Assembly (NCBI GenBank): GCA_001275005.1
Contig: JWZX01003406.1
Location: forward strand, 1 to 37,669
DNA: 37,669 nucleotides
Reading direction: 5' to 3'
DNA from: Chrysochromulina tobinii
Lineage: Eukaryota
The notes beneath the pieces were generated by a model, which was not told the origin of the DNA, made no database searches, and was given only the letters and a program-made list of their open reading frames with translations. The translations under genes and the position numbers were made by a program. This document shows positions 19,101 through 27,519 of the stretch, one piece after another (position 1 is the first letter of the stretch; every line of letters begins with the position of its first letter).

Positions 19101-21008
19101 TCATCGATGCACGGCTCCGGCAGCGCTGGCAGTCAGGCACGACCGCTGCTTCTTCAGCTGGCGTAAGGGCAGCACGGTGTCACCCTTGGTGGCTGGCACG
19201 TGCTCAAACCGACGACAGCCGAGGCGGCCCTGTCGCGCCGCGCAGTCGACGGTGGGGACCCCGCGCTGAGGACCCTCGTGTTGCACGCGTTCGCGGCTGA
19301 AGGAGCGGTCTGCAAAGAAGGTTTTCACAAGTGTGAGCTTGTGGGGTGCGCCCATCGGAAGCGGCCGTGCGCCGCGGCCAGTCGCAGGATCGCACGCTCC
19401 ATCAGGGAGTATCGTCTCCACGAGGAGGAGCCTGCCGCGCACGGCGGGCACCGTGAGGTCGAGCGCGGGCAAGGTAGTCTCACCTCCGTTCTCGAGGGTG
19501 TCCGAGAGGTGCAGCAATGCTGTAACGCTCGAGGCGCCAACGGATGCGCAATCGTGGTGCATGCCCTCGGCGCCTTTGCCTGCGCGCGAGCGTACGATGA
19601 TCGGACTCGACGAGAACGCATACGCGTCCGCGAGGCCGCTCGCATTGTCGCCCCCTCTTCGGATGACGGCTGCCCACAGCTCCGGAGGGGTCGACTTCGG
19701 CAGCATCGGCGCCTCCCACGTCCCATCTTCATCCGTGTTCCAATCGAGCGGCTGTTTGGCAGACGGGTCGAAGCGCTCGGTCAGCCCTTCGAGGATCTCA
19801 GCACCGAGCTGCTCCGCGTCCAGCGTGAAACCGAGCACCTCGCTCACCGCCGCGTCGAGTATGTCGACGTAAGCACTCGCGCTCGCTGTGAAGGTGACTG
19901 CATCGGAGGACACGAGCGCCGCGTCAAGCGCCGGAGTCAGCGGCCCACACCCCGACGAAGTGTTGCCGAAGCGGTCAGCGGGCTTGTTGTACGTGCCTGC
20001 CCACGCACCGTCCTGAGCGGGGTCCCATGTGTCGGGCTGCTCGTCGAGGAGGCCCGCAGTCGCATCGCAGTGCTCCATGCCTTTCGCCTTTGCGGCCTTT
20101 GCTTTGGCTATCTCGGAGGCCACCACACTGAGCAGCGCCTCGTCCGGCTGACCATCCCCGCCGATGGGCAGGCAGAGCATCGGCAACTGCGGCATTGGAC
20201 GCGCGTAGCTGCTCTGCTCACCTAGAGCCGAGGCATTCATCGGCAAGCGCACGGCGCCCTGTGGTGGGTCGGGACGGGACCGGTCGGCACGGGCGGCGTT
20301 GGTCGGCACGTCCTCTGGCGGGTCCAGCGCCGCTTCCAGGGCTGCAGCCGCTCCGTCCAGGGCACGCAGCCCGATGGGTCCGAGCCAGTCGTCGAGGGTG
20401 ACCACGAGCGGGTCAATGCTTAGCACTTGCAATGTCGCACCCGCCATCACGCGCAGCGGTTTCTCGAGCTTCTTCATGTCCGGCTCCTCGAGCAGAGATG
20501 GGAGCGAAGGCGCGATGCGGCGCGCAATGCTTTCTGCGAGGCCGCCCATCAGAATTGTTCGCCGCTCGCGGGCGACACTAGCTGCTTCGGCCTTCGCTAC
20601 GGCCTTCTCGGCCTCGGCAACCGCCGCCTGCGCCTTCGACAGCTTGGCTGCCTTCTCGGCCTTTTCGGCCTTGCTCACGAGCTCCTCGTCGTCGTCATTC
20701 ACTTCTGCCTGCACAGCACTATATTTCTTCTGCGCCTTCTCCTTAGCCTTCTTGTACTTGGCGAGGTCGCCAGGCTCGAACTGGAGCAGTTCTGAGATTG
20801 ATTCGTATCCACTTCGCACCTCTGCAAGCGCTCCGGCGTCGCCCGTGCCTTCCGCATCCGCCGAACAGGACTGCTCTGCTGCCTTCAGCTTGCTGATGGC
20901 GGAGGTAAGCGCGGCTACATCGTGCGAGCCAGCTGCAAGAATCTCGCTCCGGACGGAGAAGAGCACATGCGGGGCGGCAACTGCGAGAAGTTGGATCAAG
21001 AGCACCAT
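19101..21008 (-). CDS. Secreted/ER protein with an Ala/Lys/Glu helical region and a C-terminal prolyl-4-hydroxylase-like 2OG-Fe(II) domain
   Basis: Signal-like MVLLIQLLAVAA; VLSIDPLVVTLDDWL; MHHD...TALLHLSDTLENGGETTLPALDLTVPAVRGRLL...DGACD follows the P4H catalytic-domain pattern. The distal His appears to be replaced. Confidence 0.7.
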   Translation of the reverse strand: MVLLIQLLAVAAPHVLFSVRSEILAAGSHDVAALTSAISKLKAAEQSCSADAEGTGDAGALAEVRSGYESISELLQFEPGDLAKYKKAKEKAQKKYSAVQAEVNDDDEELVSKAEKAEKAAKLSKAQAAVAEAEKAVAKAEAASVARERRTILMGGLAESIARRIAPSLPSLLEEPDMKKLEKPLRVMAGATLQVLSIDPLVVTLDDWLGPIGLRALDGAAAALEAALDPPEDVPTNAARADRSRPDPPQGAVRLPMNASALGEQSSYARPMPQLPMLCLPIGGDGQPDEALLSVVASEIAKAKAAKAKGMEHCDATAGLLDEQPDTWDPAQDGAWAGTYNKPADRFGNTSSGCGPLTPALDAALVSSDAVTFTASASAYVDILDAAVSEVLGFTLDAEQLGAEILEGLTERFDPSAKQPLDWNTDEDGTWEAPMLPKSTPPELWAAVIRRGGDNASGLADAYAFSSSPIIVRSRAGKGAEGMHHDCASVGASSVTALLHLSDTLENGGETTLPALDLTVPAVRGRLLLVETILPDGACDPATGRGARPLPMGAPHKLTLVKTFFADRSFSRERVQHEGPQRGVPTVDCAARQGRLGCRRFEHVPATKGDTVLPLRQLKKQRSCLTASAAGAVHR

Positions 21009-21482
21009 GGTCGCGTGTTATGGACCCCGACGGCACTTTGAGATCCGCGGTTCTCCATGACGTGGCAAGGACGCCATCCGCGAAAGTTTGGCCAAAAGAA
21101 CTCTCCAGAATTGATCAACACTGCCGCAAGTCATCAGGACGCACAGACTCACTCTCTTTCACATTCACTCTCACTCTTACCGGGTACCTACCCGGCTCTT
21201 GTGAGTCGGCCGCGGCTTCGGTCGTCGCGCTGACGTGCGGGTTGTGTGTTGTTGGTGGGTTTCGATGGTTGTGAGGTTCGTCTGTGCGGTCCGTGTGCCT
21301 TCGTGCGTCCGCGTGTCCCGTGTGTGTCCTGTGTGTCCCGGCTCCCCCCGGTGTCTTTGAACTAGTTGTAGGTTCCTAAAGGTCGCTCGCTCGCGCAGAC
21401 CCTCTCCGACGTCAAGCCTCGTCTCCGGTCCAAGGCGCCAGTCCGAGAGTGTGACACCTGGATCGAGAATACACGACACCAG
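21009..21482. promoter_or_regulatory. Divergent promoter region (P4H-like / ArfGAP-like) with strand-symmetric CA-rich then TG-rich halves
   Basis: CACTC-rich 21140-21179, a short inverted repeat CCGGGTA-cc-TACCCGG at 21180-21195, then TGTG-rich 21235-21360. Confidence 0.5.
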
Positions 21483-22622
21483 ATGCGGGAGCGAGACGAC
21501 GTTTCTCTCGATCAGCAGCCCGCAGTGGTTGGTTCGCTCTTCGGCGGCTGCACGACCAGCAGGACCATGCAGCAGTCAGCAGAGCAGCAGAATGCAGCGC
21601 CGCCGCAGCCCTGGGCAACACGAAAGCCTGTGATGCCGGCTGCCTCTGGAAGCGAATACTGTGGTTTGGCTGCGGATTCTGAGGCCATGTCACGAATAGA
21701 GGCCATGGAGCTCGCGCGCCTGGCAGCAGAGGAACGCGCGCGCCTCGACGAGGAGGAGTGGCATGAAGAGGAACTCCGCTTGCAGGCAGAGGAAGCACAT
21801 CGTCGTCAAGCCCGTGCCGAACGCGAGCTGGAGGAGCAGCGGCGTGAGGCTGCTTTGTTGAAAGCAGAGCGGCGCGCGCTCGGGCTCATAGACGACGAGC
21901 TACATGACGGTGCAGAACCGGCGAGCGCTGGTTTGGGCTTAGCCGATTTGCTTGCCCAAGAAGGCAATCAGTGGTGCTTTGATTGCGATGCGAAACTGGG
22001 AGGCGGTGGTGAAACCGATGCGATGCCATCTTTGCAAGGGGTTTGGTGGTCGCTGACGCATGGTACTCTGCTGTGCAAGGACTGCGCGGAAGTCCACCTC
22101 TCACTCGGTACCCAGACCTCGGTTGTGCGCAGTGCCGAATCGCATGAGGCCCCATCGGACTCCGACCTCGACGCGCTGTTTGCTGGTGGCAACTATTCAT
22201 TCGGCTCCTTCTTGGCTGAGGACGGCGTGGGCGTGCCGCGCCGCGTGTGGCTGGCGCTTCCGATCGATGCACGCTATCACACACCGGCTGCTGAGCTGTA
22301 CAGGCGACGGCTGCAGGCTCTCGTCAACGGCGAGGTGCAGCCCACCGAGCTGCCACGCAAAGCCAACGTCGGGCCAACATCGTCGGCCTCAAGTGCCTCT
22401 CAATATTCCACGAGTGCCCACCGAGCGGCTGCTCTACCGGAGCCTGCACTGAGCCAGCGCACAAGCGGAGCCAGCGCACGCTGGGCTCCACCTGAATCGG
22501 AGGGGGGGCTGGATGAGTCCATGACCGACTATCTTACGGCGATGGCCGACATGCGGAAGCGGATCGAAGCGGCCAAGGCGACTGCAGCTCGCAATGCACA
22601 CTCGTCAGCCCATGTAGTTTAG
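21483..22622 (+). CDS. Coiled-coil + ArfGAP-like zinc-finger protein
   Basis: EGNQWCFDC...WWSLTHGTLLCKDCAEVHLSLG...SVVRS, GGNYSF, RYHTPAAELYRRRL match the ArfGAP pattern. Start is uncertain (21483, 21568 or later). Confidence 0.8.
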   Translation: MRERDDVSLDQQPAVVGSLFGGCTTSRTMQQSAEQQNAAPPQPWATRKPVMPAASGSEYCGLAADSEAMSRIEAMELARLAAEERARLDEEEWHEEELRLQAEEAHRRQARAERELEEQRREAALLKAERRALGLIDDELHDGAEPASAGLGLADLLAQEGNQWCFDCDAKLGGGGETDAMPSLQGVWWSLTHGTLLCKDCAEVHLSLGTQTSVVRSAESHEAPSDSDLDALFAGGNYSFGSFLAEDGVGVPRRVWLALPIDARYHTPAAELYRRRLQALVNGEVQPTELPRKANVGPTSSASSASQYSTSAHRAAALPEPALSQRTSGASARWAPPESEGGLDESMTDYLTAMADMRKRIEAAKATAARNAHSSAHVV

Positions 22623-23061
22623 CCGGAATCCTGGACGGCACGGGCCTTGCCAACGAAGTGTCAGGCGTTTCGCCGATCCCAGACGGGCACTAGACCGCTT
22701 GACCGGGCCGGGGAGACCGGCACACCTCGCAGCGGCCGGGCTGCTCGTCGGCACCCGGCAACGAATACGGCGACCAGATAACTCTAAGTTACGCTTAGAC
22801 GATAACCGCTAAAGACTTTTAGCCAAGTAAAGATAACCGCCGTTTGCGTTTCGCATGACTCGTATGTGTTTACAGGATCTGTATCAGTATGGGGGAAACA
22901 CACTGAACGTGTGGTCGACACTACCGCAAACGCGCTACGGTTAAGCGCTACGGCTTTCCGGCCGTGCGGCGCGCGTGCGCGATCGGCCGATGGCGGTCAG
23001 ATCGGACGCGAAGCTCACTGTGAAAACGTTGCGCGTACCCGACAGCCACCTTCCACATGAT

Positions 23062-23856
23062 TCATGCATTATAGAGCTCCGCTTGTGCCATAATCGCGTT
23101 CGGTTCGTGGTCTCGAAAATACGACATGCCGAAGGCATCCATACTTTTAGGGAGGTGGCCAGCGTAGCCGACCATCGGCGCTGCTGTGCGCTCCGTACGT
23201 GAGCGCAGGTCGAGTGCTTTGTCGCCCTGCAAACGTTCGACGTGCCCGCTGTGGCCACGCTGAGCGATGCGTCCGCGCGAGCCCACTTGCGAGAGGCCGC
23301 CAACGTGAATGGAGCCACAGTGAGTGCTGGCGTTTGGGACGAAGCCAGTGTACCCGCAGAGTACGCCTCCGACGGTATCGCGGAACTCGTTAGTGCGCGA
23401 ATCGTCCGGCTCCTCCTGCTTCCAGCCGTGGCCATACTCCTGCCATGCCGTTGTTGGGCGGTTGTTCATGGACTGGCCCTGGCCAGGAGGGCGGTTCAGC
23501 TGTGGCGGGTTGAAGGTTGGCACGCCGCCGAAAGCCATTGTGTGGCTCAGGTCCCTTGCGCCTGGACGGTGGCCGGCATACCCAGGCACGACGCCACCGA
23601 CCCTGTCACGGAAGCCGTAGTCGCCACCGATGCCATACTCGCGTGTGTCCATCTTGAGATGTCCCGCTGCTGCTTTGGCCGGGTTCATCGTCATGCGTGC
23701 CGCCTTAGCTGGGTCGGTGGTCCTCAACGTCTGAGCGTGCATGGCAGCCGGTGCAGCAGGAACGGGAATCTGCATGTAACCCCCAAACTCGCTTATGACC
23801 GTGCGAGTGAAAGGCTCACGCGCCACGTGCTTGTTAGCTGAATGAGGCCGAGACAT
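23062..23856 (-). CDS. FAM166/CIMIP2-like (PGYxG-repeat) axonemal microtubule inner protein
   Basis: Three repeats: VPGYAGHRPG, LCGYTGFVP, MVGYAGHLP, followed by FG/xG motifs. First ATG at 23856. Confidence 0.65.
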   Translation of the reverse strand: MSRPHSANKHVAREPFTRTVISEFGGYMQIPVPAAPAAMHAQTLRTTDPAKAARMTMNPAKAAAGHLKMDTREYGIGGDYGFRDRVGGVVPGYAGHRPGARDLSHTMAFGGVPTFNPPQLNRPPGQGQSMNNRPTTAWQEYGHGWKQEEPDDSRTNEFRDTVGGVLCGYTGFVPNASTHCGSIHVGGLSQVGSRGRIAQRGHSGHVERLQGDKALDLRSRTERTAAPMVGYAGHLPKSMDAFGMSYFRDHEPNAIMAQAELYNA

Positions 23857-24065
23857 GACAGCCAGGAAGGTCCTTGCCGTGCTTGCTGCATGGACGATGC
23901 TTGGGACAGTCTTTCGCAATTCGGACGGACGTTACACGCGATTGCGGAGTGTTTACGACAGTTTACGATCAGGACGCGACGGCTGCGATAACAACGTGTC
24001 AGCTCATCCACTCGGCCAACCCAGTCAAGGGTTTCTCGACTCTGGAGATCCGTCACTGTCTCTAT

Positions 24066-27000
24066 TCAATAATAGTTTCCTACCCTCCAACCTTCGAGTT
24101 CGACACCTCCAGAGGATTCTGGTGCTGCCTCGGCGTGCATGAGCCTTACAATCTCATCGGACAGCACCTTGAGATCTGCGGCCTGGCTGTCGCAAAGCGC
24201 ACGGAGCCCATCGCTCTCCTCAAGAATTTGACAAAGCTTCTCTGAAAGCACGGCAACCTCCTCCTTGTGCTCGTCGTGCGTGCGCGCGGCCGCAGCGATG
24301 GCCGCAGCGATGACGTCTGCCTGCTCGGCACTCTGCTGGCGCCACGTCTCGCGCTCCATCCGGAGGTCGTGCACATCGGCCTGCGTGCGCCGATACGCCT
24401 CGGCGGCGCTCGCAGCCGCCTCGAGCTCGTGATTACGCTGCTCAGATAACTGTCGAAGCAGCAGCCCCTGCCGCTCGACGGTCCGCCGGGCCGCTCGCCA
24501 GCGCGGAAGCACGAGCCGAAGCTGAAGTTGCACCGCATCGTACTTAATGGCACGTGCGTTCTCCTCATGCAGCCGCTCGAGCGCCGCGCGCCGATCCGAA
24601 CAGGCTGCCAGCTGCCGGCCGGTCTCGGCCGGGTCTGCGGCCATCGGCAGCGCCAGCCGCTCGCGCAGCGGCGCAGCCGCTTGCTTGCCAGCAGGCTGCA
24701 GCCACGCCTCAACGGCGCGAGCACCCGTGCTGCGCCCTCGCGTGTCGCACAGCTTGCGCAGACCCTCACGGAGCCCCTCCCCCTCGGCGTGGAGGAGCTG
24801 CAGCCGGCGGCGCATCTCGCCGAGCTCGCCGAGCATCTGCGGCTCGAGAAGTAGAGTGTCGACCGTGCGCTGCTGGGTGTCGCCCACCGCTGCGGTGAGC
24901 GTGCTCGCCTGCTCCTCGAGAATGCTGGCGGCCTGCTTGAGCGCCGCGTGGTACGAGCCGTCGAGCTCGAGGAGGAGCGCCCACTGGCACAGCGCACGCT
25001 GCAGCCCGAGCATGCGGTAGTGCTTGAGTGCGCCGAGCTTGGCGGTGCGCGCGTGCAGCATGCGCGTCGCGAGGCTCGCGCGCACGACGCGCAGCTCCTG
25101 CGCGTCGGCGGCTGCCTGCCGGCGCAGCTCGGCCTGAAGCTGCACCGCGTGCACCGCCTCAGCCTCCCTCCACGCCATTGCCGCCGAAAGCTCACGCGCA
25201 TTGTCCTTGAGCCGCACAGGCCGCGCCGCGTCGCGCAGGAAGGGTTGCACGAGCCGTGGCTGCGCCGGAGGGATCACCTCGATCCGGATGGGCTCTGACG
25301 CCACCTCATCGTGTAGAGCTACCGCTCGATGCGTGATGCCGCTCGCGCCGCCGCCGCTCGGGCGGTGCGGGCTGCCTGCTGTTGGCGGCAGACGCGAGAC
25401 TAGCGGCCGATCACGCTCTCCCACTGGCGCCGCACCAGCCACGGTCGCGGTGCCGGTGGTGCCCACCGACGGGCTGTCGGCGTCATCCCAGAGCAGCGGC
25501 AGCTGCCGACGCGCACCTGGCGCCGTGCGGAGACTGCCATCCAGTCCGCTCGCCGCCCTGTCGGCCTCGTCGGCGGCACGCGCGTCGGGCGAGGTGCGAG
25601 CGCGAGTGCTCGCCGACCAGTTGGTGCGATGGCTCAGTGCGAGCTGCCGCTGAAGTAGGTCCGTGCGCGCGTGCGCGGCCCGCACATGCTCCTTGAGAGC
25701 GGCCGCGTGCCGGTCGCGCTTGAGCAGCTCGCCCTCGAGTCGATCGTTAGCCTCCTGGAAGGCGCCAATCTCGCCCTTGAGGCGCTCGACAGCATGCATA
25801 TCCGTTACGTGCTTCTTAGCCTCGCGCTGCAGCTCCTCATTGTGACGCTGCACGCGCTCGGCCTCCTCGGTGACGGAAGCGAGCTGCTTTCGGAGCGCGT
25901 CTAGTTCGAATTTGGATACGTTCGTCCCGAGCCGCTTGGACATCTCGGCCACCATCTGGAGCCGGTGCTCCTCCTCGTGCAGCTTTGCCTGGCGCCCACG
26001 CAGGAAGTCGAGCTCCTCCTGCGCGGCCACGAGCGCCATGCGAAGCTGCACCATCTCCTGCGCCTCGTGCACGCCCGCGTCGAGGTGGACGCTCTCGAGC
26101 GTCTCAACTGCGTGCCGGTGCTTCTTGCGCTCCGCCTCGAGGGCCGCCTCGAGGGCCGCGGATCGCTCATCGGCGGCGGTCCGCGTCGCTTTCGTCTCGT
26201 CCCGAGCCTCGAGCGCGTCACGCTCCGCAGTAGCGAGACGCACGCGCAGCGCCTCGATCTCCATGGCCGACTCCGCGTCGACGCCGTCGGCGTCCTGCGT
26301 CGCGGACGAGGTCGCCACTGCCGAGTCAGTGTCAGCGGCGATGCTTGGACCCGCCGATGGCGCGAACGGCACCGAGTCGGAGCGCGCTCTGAGTCGCCCG
26401 CGCTCTGAGCTGCTGGCACTGCGCCGGAGTGCGGGCGCACCGCCGCCGACATTGTTCGAAACGGAGCCCGAAGTGAGGAGTTGCTTGAAGACGGAATTCT
26501 GGCGCTCGCGCTGCTGCTGCTGGTCGAGCTTGAGCGCTGCCGCCTCGAGCTGCTCGCGCAGCTCGCGCGCACAACCGGGCCCGTTCTCCACCTCGTGGAG
26601 CTTGGCGAGCAGCGCACGCTCCTTCTCCGATCCCATCCGTACGCGCTCCTGCAGCGCGCTCACCTCTTGCTCAAGGCGTGTGACCTCGCCCTTCCACGAG
26701 TCGGGCACCACACGTCGCTGCAGCTGGTTCATCACCGATGTCACCGCGCTCTTCTTCCACAGCGACCAGCCCTGCTCCGTCAGCTGGTCCGAGTACTCCT
26801 GCAGCTGCGCCTCCCACGCGTTGAGGCGCTCCACCTGCTCGTCAATGTCCGCCGCGCTGCGCACTGCAGCGATCGATGCGCCGCGATCGATACGGATGCG
26901 TTGCACTGGCGATGCATGTGGCTGCAGCTGCTGCGCCGCATTCTCCTTCTGCTCACGCTGCTCCTCCTGCTGCTCCTTGAGCCGCGCCGCCGCGTCGAGA

Positions 27001-27098
27001 GCTTGCTGCTCAGCCATGTACTCGGCGAAGGTCTTCTCTCGCGGCTTTGACGCATTTATGAGTGAGGCCAGGGACATGGCCTGCCCCTTCGACGACAT
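24066..27098 (-). CDS. Large coiled-coil protein of unknown function (1010 aa)
   Basis: Long uninterrupted ORF with strong GC3 bias and E/A/Q/R/L-rich heptad segments separated by low-complexity linkers. No recognisable catalytic domain. Confidence 0.8.
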   Translation of the reverse strand: MSSKGQAMSLASLINASKPREKTFAEYMAEQQALDAAARLKEQQEEQREQKENAAQQLQPHASPVQRIRIDRGASIAAVRSAADIDEQVERLNAWEAQLQEYSDQLTEQGWSLWKKSAVTSVMNQLQRRVVPDSWKGEVTRLEQEVSALQERVRMGSEKERALLAKLHEVENGPGCARELREQLEAAALKLDQQQQRERQNSVFKQLLTSGSVSNNVGGGAPALRRSASSSERGRLRARSDSVPFAPSAGPSIAADTDSAVATSSATQDADGVDAESAMEIEALRVRLATAERDALEARDETKATRTAADERSAALEAALEAERKKHRHAVETLESVHLDAGVHEAQEMVQLRMALVAAQEELDFLRGRQAKLHEEEHRLQMVAEMSKRLGTNVSKFELDALRKQLASVTEEAERVQRHNEELQREAKKHVTDMHAVERLKGEIGAFQEANDRLEGELLKRDRHAAALKEHVRAAHARTDLLQRQLALSHRTNWSASTRARTSPDARAADEADRAASGLDGSLRTAPGARRQLPLLWDDADSPSVGTTGTATVAGAAPVGERDRPLVSRLPPTAGSPHRPSGGGASGITHRAVALHDEVASEPIRIEVIPPAQPRLVQPFLRDAARPVRLKDNARELSAAMAWREAEAVHAVQLQAELRRQAAADAQELRVVRASLATRMLHARTAKLGALKHYRMLGLQRALCQWALLLELDGSYHAALKQAASILEEQASTLTAAVGDTQQRTVDTLLLEPQMLGELGEMRRRLQLLHAEGEGLREGLRKLCDTRGRSTGARAVEAWLQPAGKQAAAPLRERLALPMAADPAETGRQLAACSDRRAALERLHEENARAIKYDAVQLQLRLVLPRWRAARRTVERQGLLLRQLSEQRNHELEAAASAAEAYRRTQADVHDLRMERETWRQQSAEQADVIAAAIAAAARTHDEHKEEVAVLSEKLCQILEESDGLRALCDSQAADLKVLSDEIVRLMHAEAAPESSGGVELEGWRVGNYY

Positions 27099-27126
27099 GG
27101 CCGACGAGATGGCCGACGAGATGGCC
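27091..27126. repeat. 12-bp tandem repeat (GACGAGATGGCC, ~3 copies) overlapping the coiled-coil gene start
   Basis: gacgacatggcc gacgagatggcc gacgagatggcc is directly visible. Confidence 0.8.
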
Positions 27127-27519
27127 TCCCTTCCAATGGACCGATCAAAAATGCGGACATTATGCGACGAAACCCGACCTTTTCAAAAGTGAACATTTCA
27201 TCCTTCCTTAACCTCACGTGGGGCAACACTGTGAGGTGTGAGAAACTTGTACGTGACCCAACCTGATCGTGCATTGTATGTGTCCGGCAGTCCGGTGTCT
27301 TCACTCCGGAATTGTAACCGATCTGTGTTTGCAGCGTGTGTGTCTTGGCTCCACCCGGTATTTGGAACCGATCATGTTCAACATGAACTGTGAAACCTGA
27401 AACGAACCCTTGTGTCGCGCAACTCCAACTCATGGAGTGAAATTGGTCGCGAAGCTCAGTCCATTGTAGGATTCGTGCGACGGCGCCGGCTGGATGCGCG
27501 CAAGCGTGCAGTGTGCACA

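Noticed and set aside
25870..27192. Long antisense ORFs (this 440-aa one, also 19200-20225, 27796-28800, 30727-31830)
   Set aside because: Shadow frames of real GC3-biased genes on the opposite strand.
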